NCBI GenBank assembly: GCA_963716935.1
Contig: CAVQUN010000002.1
Location: forward strand, 1,733 to 65,732
DNA length: 64,000 nt
Direction of reading: 5' to 3'
Origin: an uncultured Actinomycetes bacterium
Lineage (GTDB): Bacteria; Actinomycetota; UBA4738; HRBIN12
In this document: piece after piece, positions 37,669-47,517 of the stretch
Layout: the number at the start of each line of letters is the position of its first letter
Numbering within the stretch: position 1 is the first letter of the stretch
Notes under the pieces: generated by a model
Seen by the model: only the letters and a program-made list of their open reading frames with translations
What the model was told of the DNA's origin: nothing
The model's database searches: none
Translations under genes and position numbers: made by a program

Positions 37669-38107
37669 GTGCTCAGCCTCAAGACAGCGCGTTCGCGTAG
37701 AGCCGTAACTTTGCCACACACGATCACCTTGGAGCTCGCGGAGCACCTGCGGCGATTTCCGCCGGGGCAGTGTGGTCTCGTGTTCACGGCTGAGCGGGGG
37801 GGGAGTGATCCGGCGTCCGGCATTCGGCCGGCTCGTGTGGCGAACAGCGGTCGCGCGCGCGGGACTGGAGGGGTTCCGGTTCGGCCAGCTGAGACACACC
37901 GGCGCGACGTTGGCGTTGGAGGCCGGAGCGAACCCCGTCCTGGTGGCGTTCCGGCTCGGACACACCTCGACCAGAATGCTCGAGCAGCACTACGCGGGAC
38001 GGCTCGATCGCGCCGACCGCGAACTCGCACGCGCTCTGGACGCTGCGGTACGGTTGCGGCACGTAGAGGAGTCGCGCGAGACTCGCACGGATGCAAACCC
38101 CTCCTGA
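37669..38107 (+). pseudogene. Tyrosine recombinase / phage-type integrase C-terminal remnant (frameshifted, N-terminally truncated)
   Basis: Frame A, 37669-about 37800: HTITLELAEHLRRFPPGQCGLVFTAERGG. Frame B, 37772-38107: LRHTGATLALEAGANPVLVAFRLGHTSTRMLEQHYAG (the R...HxxR...Y catalytic box). The 3' end is 14 nt from the tRNA. Confidence 0.7.
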
Positions 38108-38120
38108 CCTGCGAGTTTCC

Positions 38121-38196
38121 TGGTAGTCCCAACGGGGTTCGAACCCGTGTCTCCACCTTGAGAGGGTGGTGTCCTAGGCCACTAGACGATGGGACC
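38121..38196 (-). tRNA. tRNA-Glu (anticodon CUC), intact, with encoded CCA
   Basis: Reverse complement reads GGTCCCATCGTCTAGTGGCCTAGGACACCACCCTCTCAAGGTGGAGACACGGGTTCGAACCCCGTTGGGACTACCA. Cloverleaf with anticodon loop CUCUCAA. Confidence 0.85.
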
Positions 38197-38246
38197 GAGG
38201 GTGCCCGCGTCGCGCTCGGGCGGCAGGAAGGATACCGAAGCCCGGC

Positions 38247-39227
38247 TCAGCCGCTCAGCAGGTCGAGGAGCTGCGTCCCGAGCGGGGTCAGGCTGCTGTA
38301 CACGCCGCGGCCGCTCCGGTGCGCCTCGACGACGCCGGCCCGGCGGAGCTGGGCGAGCTGCTGGGAGACCGCACCGGGGGTCACGCCCAGCCGCCGTGCC
38401 ACCTCGCTCGTCGTCATCGGGATCTCCAGGGCGCGAAGGATCGCGGCCTTGGAGTCCCCGACGAGCTCGAGGAGCGCGGCGCCTGACGGCGTCCGCTCGG
38501 CCTCCCACAGCGTGGCGAGCCCTCGGGGCGGGTAGCCGACCGTGGGCTGCCACGGCTCATCCCACATGACCGTGAGGCGCGGGCAGGCGAACACGAGCGG
38601 GATCAGCACGAGGCCTCGACCGAGCGGCTTGATGTCCTCGTCCCACTTGTGCTTGTCCAAGGTGAGGACGCCGTCCTTCCACGAGGCCTCCGGGTGCAGG
38701 TTCGCGAACAGCGCCTCTGGGCCCTCGAGCGCGAGCTGGCGGGCGCGATACAGGACGTCGCCCTCGAGGAGGGCGCGCATCCTCGGCCAATGCGGCTCGA
38801 TCGCCGTCTCCCAGTACCCGCGCATCGCCGCGACGAGATCGCGCAGCGCCTCGTCCGGCTCCTCGACGAACAGGGCGGCGTCGGGCGGCAGGGCGTCGCC
38901 CCCGTAGGCCCGGCGAACCTCGATGGCAACCTCCGCGTGCGGCGTCGCGGCGACGCGCTCGAGCTCCTCCTCGAAGACCGGGTAGGGCCCCTCGGGGGGC
39001 GGCGACACGAAGTCCGGAAGGTAGTGCGTGCCGGTTGGGACCAGCGCGAGGAGCGGTCGCAGATCCAACGCCTGGATCTGCTCGCGGTGCTCGTTCATCC
39101 ACGGGAGGTGGAAGACGCTGCTGGAGGGTTTGCGCAGCCCGACGAAGCTCTGCATGACCTCCCAGATCGGGCTGAAGGCGAACCGCGTCTCGGCGAGGTC
39201 CTCGGGCGTGAGGTGGATCCTGATCAT
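38247..39227 (-). CDS. ArsR-type HTH regulator with N-terminal DUF5937-like domain
   Basis: C-terminal AAILRALEIPMTTSEVARRLGVTPGAVSQQLAQLRRAGVV winged HTH. Confidence 0.7.
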   Translation of the reverse strand: MIRIHLTPEDLAETRFAFSPIWEVMQSFVGLRKPSSSVFHLPWMNEHREQIQALDLRPLLALVPTGTHYLPDFVSPPPEGPYPVFEEELERVAATPHAEVAIEVRRAYGGDALPPDAALFVEEPDEALRDLVAAMRGYWETAIEPHWPRMRALLEGDVLYRARQLALEGPEALFANLHPEASWKDGVLTLDKHKWDEDIKPLGRGLVLIPLVFACPRLTVMWDEPWQPTVGYPPRGLATLWEAERTPSGAALLELVGDSKAAILRALEIPMTTSEVARRLGVTPGAVSQQLAQLRRAGVVEAHRSGRGVYSSLTPLGTQLLDLLSG

Positions 39228-39285
39228 GGCGCCTCCGCGATTCTGGGTCTCGCCGGGTCGGCGGACGACAGATTTAGAGATTACT

Positions 39286-39295
39286 GAATCGATTC
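39286..39295. promoter_or_regulatory. Perfect 10-bp palindrome GAATCGATTC inside an AT-rich patch of the divergent promoter region
   Basis: Seen directly. Local AT-rich island (AGATTTAGAGATTACTGAATCGATTCACC) in 70% GC DNA. Confidence 0.3.
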
Positions 39296-39369
39296 ACCGT
39301 CCGCCACCCCTCCCATAGGGTCCAATCGGCGGTGCGGCGAGGTGCCCGTCGCCGGGAGAGGAGGCCGAG

Positions 39370-39579
39370 ATGCTGCCCATCCACGATCCAGACCGGAGCC
39401 GGAGGCTCGAGCGCGAGCTCCGAGACTCGGCCGAGCTCACCCGGCGACTCCGTGAGGCGCGGTCCGACGGCGCCACGCGCATCGAGCCGGAGCTCCCGGC
39501 CGCAGAGGTGGTGGAGCTGCCGATCGCCGAAGACGTCTGTGTCCTCTGCGAGCTCGAGGGCGAGCCGAGCTCCGCGTAG
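39370..39579 (+). CDS. Small hypothetical protein (69 aa)
   Basis: ORF with an RBS-like GGAGAGGAGG upstream. No recognisable domain. Confidence 0.25.
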   Translation: MLPIHDPDRSRRLERELRDSAELTRRLREARSDGATRIEPELPAAEVVELPIAEDVCVLCELEGEPSSA

Positions 39580-39602
39580 CCGGCGTCGCGACGACGACCC
39601 GG

Positions 39603-40067
39603 TCAGCTCTCCGCGCGCAGACGCCCCACGAAGAGCTCGTTGCCGAGCGCGTAGGGTCCGCGCGCGGCCCGGACCAGGCCGAGCGCCACGTCGGGGGATT
39701 GACCGAGCCGGGTGAGCGCCAACGCCGCCAGGAGACCGGAGCGGTTGAGCCCGCCCATGCACGTGATGAGGGTGGGCCGTCCCGCGCGCACGGACCTCTC
39801 GACGAGCCCGACGATCACCTCGAGGACATCTTCGTTCGGAAGCTCCTCGTCCGCGTCCTCGATGGGCCAGGAGACGAAGACGCCGCCGAGTGGTGGGCGC
39901 ACGCCGTCCCGCGAAATCCGCTCGAGCATGACGACGACCTCGAACCCGTCCGCGAAGGCCGTCGACGCCTGGATGTCCCACCGGCCGACCCACAGGTTGG
40001 GGACGATCTCGTTGGCGGGGTCGAGCGTGATGCCCTCGTCGAATCGCGGGGCTCGAGCGACCGGCAT
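39603..40067 (-). CDS. Dual-specificity / tyrosine protein phosphatase (CX5R)
   Basis: ITCMGGLNRSG = the CxxGxxRS P-loop. About 154 aa from MPVARAP. The upstream part of the long track ORF is junk. Confidence 0.75.
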   Translation of the reverse strand: MPVARAPRFDEGITLDPANEIVPNLWVGRWDIQASTAFADGFEVVVMLERISRDGVRPPLGGVFVSWPIEDADEELPNEDVLEVIVGLVERSVRAGRPTLITCMGGLNRSGLLAALALTRLGQSPDVALGLVRAARGPYALGNELFVGRLRAES

Positions 40068-40075
40068 CGCCAGGC

Positions 40076-41587
40076 TCAGTTCTCGCCTTGCGCCCGCGTG
40101 AAGCCGAGCTCGCCGTCGAACTCCTGGAGCTTCTCGATGTGCATCCAGCGATGCCGCGTCGAGACGCGCTTGAGGAGATCGTGGACGGCGTCGTCGGACA
40201 GATCGCCCGGGTTGTCGCGGATCACGAATCGGCACGCGTAGTGGTCGACCATGTCGGCCGCGGCACCCGTGGCCGGGAACACCTGACGCCCGCGATTCGC
40301 GATCGACTTGAGCTCCAGGTTCATCCCGTCGGTGAGCTCGCGCACGCTTGTGCCGAGCTCCTCCGGCTCCAGCGGCGACTCGACGAACAGGTCGAGCCCG
40401 ACGACGGCGCGGGTGGCCGCGGACACGAAGTCCGGCCTGCCGCTCACCCTCGGCAGGTTGATCGGCTTGTACTCCCGGACCTGCCAGCGCTCCGAACGCT
40501 TGCCGAGGTTGCCGATGATCGCGTCCGTGTACGCCGAGGTCGGCGTCCCCTTGTCGTAGCCGAGCACGTCGCCCGTGAGCGTCCCCTGCTCGAGGGTGAC
40601 GAGGATCGCGTGCTCGATGGTTGCCGCGACGTCGAACGCGCCGAGGTACCGGAGCATGAGGATCGCCGCCCCGATGACCGCGGTCGGGTTGATCACGTCC
40701 TTGCCGGCGTACTTCGGTGCCGAGCCGTGCACCGCCTCGAAGATCGCGACCTCGGTGCCGATGTTGGCGCTGGGCGCGTAGCCCAGTCCGCCGATCAGCG
40801 CGCTCGACTCGTCCGACAGGATGTCGCCGTTCATGTTCGTCGTGACGAGGACGTCGAACTGCTCGGGCCGTTTCACGAGCTGGTGGGCGCAGTTGTCGAC
40901 GATGATGTGCCACGCCTCGATGCCGGGATACTCGGGCGCGATCTCCTCGAACGTCCGCTTCAGCATCCCCTCCGTGAACTTCATGATGTTGGCCTTCGTC
41001 GCGCAGTGGACGGTCGTGCGGCCCTCGGCGACGGCGAGCTCGAACGCGAACCGGACGATCTTCTCGCAGCCCTTGCGGCTGATGAGCTTGAGCGTCTGGG
41101 CCACGCCCGGCGTCTGCATGTGCTCGATGCCGGCGTACAGGTCCTCGACGTTCTCGCGAACCACGACGAGGTCGATTCCGCGGCCGCTGTAGGGCGTCGT
41201 CACGCCGGGGAGCTCCCGGACCGGCCGCACGTTCGCGTACGTTTCGAACAGCTTGCGCAGGGTGACGTTCGCGCTCTTCTCGCCGAAGCCCACCGGGGTC
41301 TCGAGCGGCCCCTTCAGCACGACCCGGGTGCGCTCGATCGACTCGATGGTCTCGGGCGGGACGCCGGAGGGAAGGCCCTTCTTGAACACCTCTGCGCCGG
41401 CCTCGCGCTCCTCCCACGCGAGGTTCGCGCCGGCCGCCTCGAGGATGCGTTGGGCCGATCTGACGCACTCGGGGCCGATGCCGTCCCCGGGGATCACGGT
41501 CACGAGCTGCTTGCCGGAAGTTCCTGTCTGCGGTGCCAATGTGGACTCCCTCCGTCGGTCATGCCGTCCCGTGCGCGTCGGCGCCAC
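40076..41587 (-). CDS. Isocitrate/isopropylmalate dehydrogenase family protein (likely NAD(P)-IDH) with about 130-aa C-terminal extension
   Basis: [43 protein letters not shown]. An uncharacterised tail follows the catalytic domain. Confidence 0.75.
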   Translation of the reverse strand: MAPTRTGRHDRRRESTLAPQTGTSGKQLVTVIPGDGIGPECVRSAQRILEAAGANLAWEEREAGAEVFKKGLPSGVPPETIESIERTRVVLKGPLETPVGFGEKSANVTLRKLFETYANVRPVRELPGVTTPYSGRGIDLVVVRENVEDLYAGIEHMQTPGVAQTLKLISRKGCEKIVRFAFELAVAEGRTTVHCATKANIMKFTEGMLKRTFEEIAPEYPGIEAWHIIVDNCAHQLVKRPEQFDVLVTTNMNGDILSDESSALIGGLGYAPSANIGTEVAIFEAVHGSAPKYAGKDVINPTAVIGAAILMLRYLGAFDVAATIEHAILVTLEQGTLTGDVLGYDKGTPTSAYTDAIIGNLGKRSERWQVREYKPINLPRVSGRPDFVSAATRAVVGLDLFVESPLEPEELGTSVRELTDGMNLELKSIANRGRQVFPATGAAADMVDHYACRFVIRDNPGDLSDDAVHDLLKRVSTRHRWMHIEKLQEFDGELGFTRAQGEN

Positions 41588-41646
41588 ATCCTCTCAACTG
41601 GCGGAAGCGGCGCCCAATCGCGGGGTGGTTGGTAGGCTCCGCGCCG

Positions 41647-43149
41647 ATGTCGACCGACCGACGACGCGGGCGGGGTCGCCCTTCTGCAGCGGCGCTGTTC
41701 CTATCCGCGACGGTCATCGGCGCGTGCGCCGCATCCGTGGCGCCGGGGGCCGCCGGCTCGGGCGTTGTTGCGGGCGCGGGCGGATTCGCGCCATCGGGGT
41801 CGGCTCCCGCTGGGCCCGAGCAGCCGCCAGTGCTCCGCGGCTTCGACAACATCGAGCACCTGATCTTCATCGTGCAGGAGAACCGCTCGTTCGATCACTA
41901 CTTCGGCACGTTCCCGGGCGCGAACGGCATCCCGATGGCGGGCGGCCACCCGACTGTGTGCATTCCGGACCCGGTGCTTCGCCGATGCGTGCGTCCCTAT
42001 CACGACCGCACGCTGCAGAACGAGGGCGGCCCGCACGGTCATTCGGCGTCGGTCGACGACGTCAACGGCGGCCGAATGGACGGGTTCGTGGAGACGCTCG
42101 TCGCGGGCCCTAGCACCTGCGGCGATCATCGTGAGGCCGCGTCGTGTGCGGACGACCTCGGACCGCAGGGCCAACCGGACGTGATGGGGTACCACACGCG
42201 GGCTGAAATCCGGAACTACTGGCGGTACGCGGAGACGTTCGTCCTGCAGGATCGCTTCTTCGCGCCCTCAGACTCGTGGACCCTGCCGGCCCACCTGTTC
42301 CTCGTCTCCGGCTGGGCGGCGAGCTGCGGCGACCCGCACGACCCGATGAGCTGCACCTCCGACCTGGATCTCGACGGGGTCGTTGACCGACAGCGGCACG
42401 GCGCACACCCAGCCATCTACGCGTGGACCGACATCACCTACCTCCTCACGCGGGAAGGCGTCAGCTGGGGCTACTACATCGGGAACACGACGTGCCTGGA
42501 TCCGGAAAACTGCCCGCGGAAGGAGAAGGACCCGCACGCCACCCCGCCCGCGCAGAACCCATTGCCCTCGTTCACCACCGTGCACGAGCAGCACACCCAA
42601 GATCGGATCCAGTACCACGAGGACTTCTTCCAGGCGGTCGAGGACGAGGGCCTGCCGACGGTCTCCTGGATCATGCCGGGCGGCCGCACAAGCGAGCATC
42701 CCGGCAACGGCGCGCCGATCACCAAGGGGCAGGCGCACGTCACGAGGGTGATCAACGCGATCATGCGCAGTCCTCTCTGGTATCGAACGGCGATCTTCCT
42801 CACGTGGGACGACTGGGGCGGCTTCTACGACCACGTCAAGCCGCGCCGGGTCGACGAGAACGGGTACGGCATCCGTGTCCCCGGCCTGCTGATCAGCCCA
42901 TGGGCGCGTGGGGGCACCATCGACTCCCAGGTGCTCACCTTCGACGCCTACCTGAAGTTCGTCGAGGACCTCTTCCTCGACCACCAGCGATTGGATCCGG
43001 AGACCGACGGCCGGCCGGACTCGCGCCCGACGGTGCGAGAGGAGGTGGGGATCCTAGGGGACCTGCGGGACGAGTTCGACTTCGACCAGGATCCGATCCC
43101 TCCTCTCATCCTGGATCCCGCGCCGATCACGACGGCGGTCGACGCGTGA
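41647..43149 (+). CDS. Phosphoesterase family protein (phospholipase C / acid phosphatase PlcN-like), secreted
   Basis: [19 protein letters not shown] hallmark. Signal peptide with an Arg-rich (Tat-like) N-region. Confidence 0.8.
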   Translation: MSTDRRRGRGRPSAAALFLSATVIGACAASVAPGAAGSGVVAGAGGFAPSGSAPAGPEQPPVLRGFDNIEHLIFIVQENRSFDHYFGTFPGANGIPMAGGHPTVCIPDPVLRRCVRPYHDRTLQNEGGPHGHSASVDDVNGGRMDGFVETLVAGPSTCGDHREAASCADDLGPQGQPDVMGYHTRAEIRNYWRYAETFVLQDRFFAPSDSWTLPAHLFLVSGWAASCGDPHDPMSCTSDLDLDGVVDRQRHGAHPAIYAWTDITYLLTREGVSWGYYIGNTTCLDPENCPRKEKDPHATPPAQNPLPSFTTVHEQHTQDRIQYHEDFFQAVEDEGLPTVSWIMPGGRTSEHPGNGAPITKGQAHVTRVINAIMRSPLWYRTAIFLTWDDWGGFYDHVKPRRVDENGYGIRVPGLLISPWARGGTIDSQVLTFDAYLKFVEDLFLDHQRLDPETDGRPDSRPTVREEVGILGDLRDEFDFDQDPIPPLILDPAPITTAVDA

Positions 43150-44621
43150 GGCGCGCGGGTATCGTCGCGGCGGCGCTCTTGCTGGTCGGGGGGGCCTGCA
43201 GTGGGAACGGTGGGAGCGCGCAGCCCTCGCAGTCCCGCAGCCCTCAGGGCCCGACGGCGGCGAGCGGCAGCACCTCGGCGGGTCCGACGGGGGTGACCGT
43301 CGGCGGTGCAACGGGCGAGACCCCGACCACGCTCGAGCTCGCGCAGTCCCACCTCAAGCACCTGATCTTCATCGTGCAGGAGAACCGCTCGTTCGATCAC
43401 TACTTCGGCACGTTCCCGGGCGCCGACGGGATCCCGATGGTGAACGGTGGCCCCTCGGTCTGCGTGCCGGACCCGATCCTCGGGAAATGCGTCCCCCCGT
43501 ACCACACGAGCAGCCAGCTCCAGCAGGGCGGCCCGCACGCCCTGCAGCACTCGAAGGAGGACGTCGACGGCGGCAAGATGGACGGGTTCATCCGGATGGC
43601 GATCGAGAGCCCGGTCTACTGCGCAGATCATCGATCCGATCCGACGTGCGCGAGCTACCTCGGGCCGCAGGGCCAGCCCGACGTCATGAGCTACATGACC
43701 AAGCGCGAGATCCCGAACTACTGGACGTACGCGAAGCGGTTCGTCCTGCAGGACCACCTGTTCGCCCCGGCCGACTCGTGGACGCTGCCGGCGCACCTGT
43801 TCCTCGTCTCGGCGTGGGCGGCCCACTGCACCGACGCCCACGATCCGATGAGCTGCTCCTCGGACCTCGAGCTGAACGAGGAGCACGCCGAGATGAAGGC
43901 CAAGCACAAGGCCCCGCTGTACGCCTGGACCGACATCACGTACCTGCTTCACGAGCAGGACGTGACGTGGGCCTACTACGTCGGCAACGACACCTGCGCC
44001 TTCGAGTGCACGAACAACAACGGCGAGCAGCGCACCGTCTCGCAGCAGAACCCGCTGCCGTGGTTCACCACGGTTCGCGAGGACCGGCAGCTCGGCAACA
44101 TCCAGACGCACGACGACTACTTCGCCGAGGCCGCGAACGGCACCCTGCCGACGATCTCGTGGGTCATGCCGTACTCGGGAGTCGGCGAGCATCCGGGTTC
44201 CGGGGAGCCGGTCTGGAAGGGCCAGCGGCACGTGACGCAGGTGGTGAACGCGGCCATGCAGGGTCCCGACTGGGACGAGACGGCCATCTTCATCACGTGG
44301 GACGACTGGGGCGGCTTCTACGACCACGTGCAGCCGCCGCGGGTCGACCAGAACGGCTACGGGATCCGGGTTCCCGGCCTCATGATCAGCCCCTGGGCTC
44401 GTGCGGGGACGATCGACTCCCAGGTCCTGTCGTTCGACGCCTACCTGAAGCTGATCGAGGACCTCTACCTCGGCGGGCAGCGGCTGGACCCGAAGACGAT
44501 GAGCCGCCCGGACTCGCGGCCCACGGTGCGCGAGGACGCGAGGATCCTCGGCGACCTGCTCGAGGAGTTCGACTTCACGCAGGACCCGTTGCCGCCCCTG
44601 GTGCTCGACCCGCATCCGTAG
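43146..44621 (+). CDS. Phosphoesterase family protein (paralog; lipoprotein)
   Basis: GTGA overlap with the previous gene. Lipobox [10 protein letters not shown]. Same [19 protein letters not shown] block. Collinear with the upstream paralog along the whole length. Confidence 0.8.
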   Translation: MRRAGIVAAALLLVGGACSGNGGSAQPSQSRSPQGPTAASGSTSAGPTGVTVGGATGETPTTLELAQSHLKHLIFIVQENRSFDHYFGTFPGADGIPMVNGGPSVCVPDPILGKCVPPYHTSSQLQQGGPHALQHSKEDVDGGKMDGFIRMAIESPVYCADHRSDPTCASYLGPQGQPDVMSYMTKREIPNYWTYAKRFVLQDHLFAPADSWTLPAHLFLVSAWAAHCTDAHDPMSCSSDLELNEEHAEMKAKHKAPLYAWTDITYLLHEQDVTWAYYVGNDTCAFECTNNNGEQRTVSQQNPLPWFTTVREDRQLGNIQTHDDYFAEAANGTLPTISWVMPYSGVGEHPGSGEPVWKGQRHVTQVVNAAMQGPDWDETAIFITWDDWGGFYDHVQPPRVDQNGYGIRVPGLMISPWARAGTIDSQVLSFDAYLKLIEDLYLGGQRLDPKTMSRPDSRPTVREDARILGDLLEEFDFTQDPLPPLVLDPHP

Positions 44622-44673
44622 GCAGGCCAGGGCCGCCGCCACCCTCGCGCGCCTAGAATTCGGGCGTCTGAGG

Positions 44674-46170
44674 ATGTCGCGTCGCGAGCCCGTCTCCGTC
44701 GGTTCGGACGCCTCCGTCGACGAGCGGACCGTCCGTCGGTTCCAGGAGGCGGGCATCGCGCTGCCGACCTTCGAGCAGCTGGCGGAGCCGGCAAAGATCC
44801 CGCAGCGGATCCGCGACGAGCTCGAGCGCATCGATCCCGACGCCGCCCATCCGCTGAACCTGTTCCGGGTCCACTGGTACAACGGGGCCGATCGGCGCTC
44901 GGTCGTCGAGGTCCCGGAGCACGTCGTCCTGGACTCGTCGCTCACGGGCGTCGATGCGCCCATCGTGGTCGCGCTCGGCGACCGGTTCCCGATGATCGCC
45001 GCGCACAAGGTGCTCGCGGCGTACGCGTGTCTCGTCCCGCGCGTGGTGGACGGCGGCTTCGACCCGACCGCGCATCGCGCCGTCTGGCCCTCGACCGGCA
45101 ACTACTGCCGCGGCGGCGTCGCCATCAGCCGGATCGTGGGGTGCCGCGGGGTCGCCGTCCTGCCCGAGGGCATGAGCCGCGAACGCTTCGAGTGGCTCGA
45201 GCGCTGGGTCGCCGAACCCGCGGACATCGTCCGGACGCCGGGCGTCGAGAGCAACGTCAAGGAGATCTACGACGAGTGCAAGCGGCTCGAGCGCGACCCG
45301 GCCAACGTGATCCTGAACCAGTTCTCCGAGTACCCGAACCACGTCGTGCACGAGATGGTCACCGGCCGCGCGCTGGCCCACGTGTTCGAGTCGCTGCGCG
45401 ACCGCGAACCGGCGCTGCGCCTGCGAGCCTTCGTGTCGGCAACGGGCTCGGCCGGCACCATCGCCGCCGGCGACCACCTGAAGGACCGGTACGGAACGGC
45501 GATCGTCGCGGCGGAGGCCCTGCAGTGTCCGACGTTGTTGCGCAACGGGTTCGGCGAGCACAACATCCAGGGGATCGGCGACAAGCACGTGCCGCTCATC
45601 CACAACGTGATGAACACGGACGTCGTCGTCGACGTGAGCGATACGGACACCGATGCGCTGAACGTCCTGTTCAACACCGACGCGGGGCGCGCGCATCTCC
45701 GCACGCGGGGGATCGACGAGCCCACGATCGCGGCCCTGGATGCGTTCGGGCTGTCGAGCATCTGCAACGTGCTCGCGGCCATCAAGACGGCCAAGCTGCT
45801 CGGCCTCGGCGCACGCGACGCCATCCTCACGATCGCCACCGACGGCGCCGGGCTGTATCGGACGGAGGTCGACAAGGTGATGGGGCGCGACTTCCCAGGA
45901 GGCTTCGGCGAGGCGGAGGCGGCCGAGACGTTCGGCCGATCGCTCGAGGGCCAGGGGACCGGGGATATGAAGCAGCTCACCGACGAGGATCGGCAGCGCA
46001 TCTTCAACCTCGGGTACTTCACGTGGGTCGAGCAGCAGGGGATCTCGATCGAGGATTTCCTGGCCCGGCGCGACCAGGCGTTCTGGCGCGGGCACCGCGA
46101 GCTCGTTCCGATCTGGGACAAGGCCATCCGGGCGTTCAACGCGCGGACCGGGCTGGGCGAGGCCGCATGA
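44674..46170 (+). CDS. PLP-dependent enzyme, fold type II (Trp-synthase-beta/cysteine-synthase-like) with N- and C-terminal extensions
   Basis: 498 aa. Central PALP-like region ([26 protein letters not shown]). First gene of a long coupled operon. Confidence 0.6.
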   Translation: MSRREPVSVGSDASVDERTVRRFQEAGIALPTFEQLAEPAKIPQRIRDELERIDPDAAHPLNLFRVHWYNGADRRSVVEVPEHVVLDSSLTGVDAPIVVALGDRFPMIAAHKVLAAYACLVPRVVDGGFDPTAHRAVWPSTGNYCRGGVAISRIVGCRGVAVLPEGMSRERFEWLERWVAEPADIVRTPGVESNVKEIYDECKRLERDPANVILNQFSEYPNHVVHEMVTGRALAHVFESLRDREPALRLRAFVSATGSAGTIAAGDHLKDRYGTAIVAAEALQCPTLLRNGFGEHNIQGIGDKHVPLIHNVMNTDVVVDVSDTDTDALNVLFNTDAGRAHLRTRGIDEPTIAALDAFGLSSICNVLAAIKTAKLLGLGARDAILTIATDGAGLYRTEVDKVMGRDFPGGFGEAEAAETFGRSLEGQGTGDMKQLTDEDRQRIFNLGYFTWVEQQGISIEDFLARRDQAFWRGHRELVPIWDKAIRAFNARTGLGEAA

Positions 46171-47504
46171 GCGTGGACCCGCCCACGAGCGTCGTCTGCG
46201 CCGGGTGCGGGCACGTTGCCGGGCAAGACGAGCCGTTGCCCTTCCGGTGCCCGAACGCCGACGGCGACGACGTCGACCACCTGATGGTCCGCGAGCTCGA
46301 CCCGACGCACGTCGTCTTCCCCGCGGACGAGGAGCCGAATCCGTTCGTGCGGTACCGGGAGCTGTTCCACGCCTACCACCTCGGACGCGCCAACGGCATG
46401 AGCGACGACGACCACGTCCACCTGGTGGAACAGCTCGACAAGGCGGTCGCGGAGGTCGACGGATCCGGCTTCGCGGAGACGCCGTTCGAACGGAGCGACG
46501 GGCTGTCCGAGCGGCTCGGGTGCGCCGTCTGGGTCAAGGACGAGACCGGGAACGTCTCGGGGACCCACAAGGCCCGGCACCTGATGGGCCTCATGGTGCA
46601 CCTCCTCGTCGCCGAGCAGGCGGGGCTCGTCGCGGGGGAGGGCGCCGAGCTTGCGATCGCGAGCTGCGGCAACGCGGCCCTGGCCGCGGCCGTGGTGGCG
46701 CGCGCCGCGGACCGGCCGATCCGGGTGTTCGTCCCGGCGTGGGCGGACGAGGCCATCCTGCGGCGGCTCAGGGAGCTCGGCGCGACGATCGAGGTGTGCG
46801 AGCGGACGGAAGGCGTCCCGGGCGACCCGACGTATCGCGCGCTCCGCGCGGCGATCGCCGACGGCGCCGTGCCGTTCACCTGTCAGGGACCCGACAACGG
46901 CCTCGCGATCGAGGGCGGCGAGACGCTCGGCTACGAGATGGTCTCCCAGCTGACGCGGGCGGGCGAGGGCCTCGATCGCCTGGTGGTCCAGGTCGGCGGG
47001 GGCGCCCTCGCGAGCGCGTGCGTGCGGGCGTTCGAGGACGCCGCGCTCCTGGAGGCACCGGAGCGCCTTCCGAGGATCCACGCGGTGCAGACGGACAACG
47101 TCCACCCCCTCGCCCGCGCCTTCATGCGCGTGCGGCAGCGCGCCGGGCACGAGGCGTCGCCCGAGGGAATCGTCGAGGCGTTGTCGTGGGCGCGCTCGCA
47201 CCGTTCCGAGGTCATGTGGCCGTGGGAGCAGGAACCGGCGAGCGTCGCCGAGGGGATCCTGGACGACGAGACCTACGACTGGGCGGCAGTCGTCGGGGGG
47301 ATGCTCGCCACCGACGGCTTCCCCGTCCTGGTCTCGGAGGACCTGCTCCGCGAGGCGAACGACGTCGCGCGCGACGCGACCGGGATCGACGTCGACCACA
47401 CGGGCTCGGCCGGGCTCGCCGGGCTGCTGGAGCTGTCGCGCCGGGGAGCGCTCGGCGCGGACGAGCGCGTGGCCGTGCTGTTCACGGGCGCGCGCCGGAG
47501 TTGA
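46167..47504 (+). CDS. PLP-dependent fold type II enzyme (threonine-synthase/diaminopropionate-ammonia-lyase-like) with N-terminal Cys-rich segment
   Basis: ATGA overlap. CAGCGH...[20 protein letters not shown] (PLP-Lys block), GGGALASA. Confidence 0.65.
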   Translation: MSVDPPTSVVCAGCGHVAGQDEPLPFRCPNADGDDVDHLMVRELDPTHVVFPADEEPNPFVRYRELFHAYHLGRANGMSDDDHVHLVEQLDKAVAEVDGSGFAETPFERSDGLSERLGCAVWVKDETGNVSGTHKARHLMGLMVHLLVAEQAGLVAGEGAELAIASCGNAALAAAVVARAADRPIRVFVPAWADEAILRRLRELGATIEVCERTEGVPGDPTYRALRAAIADGAVPFTCQGPDNGLAIEGGETLGYEMVSQLTRAGEGLDRLVVQVGGGALASACVRAFEDAALLEAPERLPRIHAVQTDNVHPLARAFMRVRQRAGHEASPEGIVEALSWARSHRSEVMWPWEQEPASVAEGILDDETYDWAAVVGGMLATDGFPVLVSEDLLREANDVARDATGIDVDHTGSAGLAGLLELSRRGALGADERVAVLFTGARRS

Positions 47505-47517
47505 GAGGAGGCAGGCG

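Larger units (their letters stand above)
19226..38196. mobile_element. Composite tRNA-Glu-associated genomic island: five small modules delimited by direct repeats of the tRNA 3' end, with one integrase remnant at the tRNA-proximal end
   Basis: Six same-orientation copies of the tRNA 3' end. Integrase remnant reads toward the tRNA. Cargo genes have atypical codon usage; debris-filled intergenic stretches. Confidence 0.6.
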
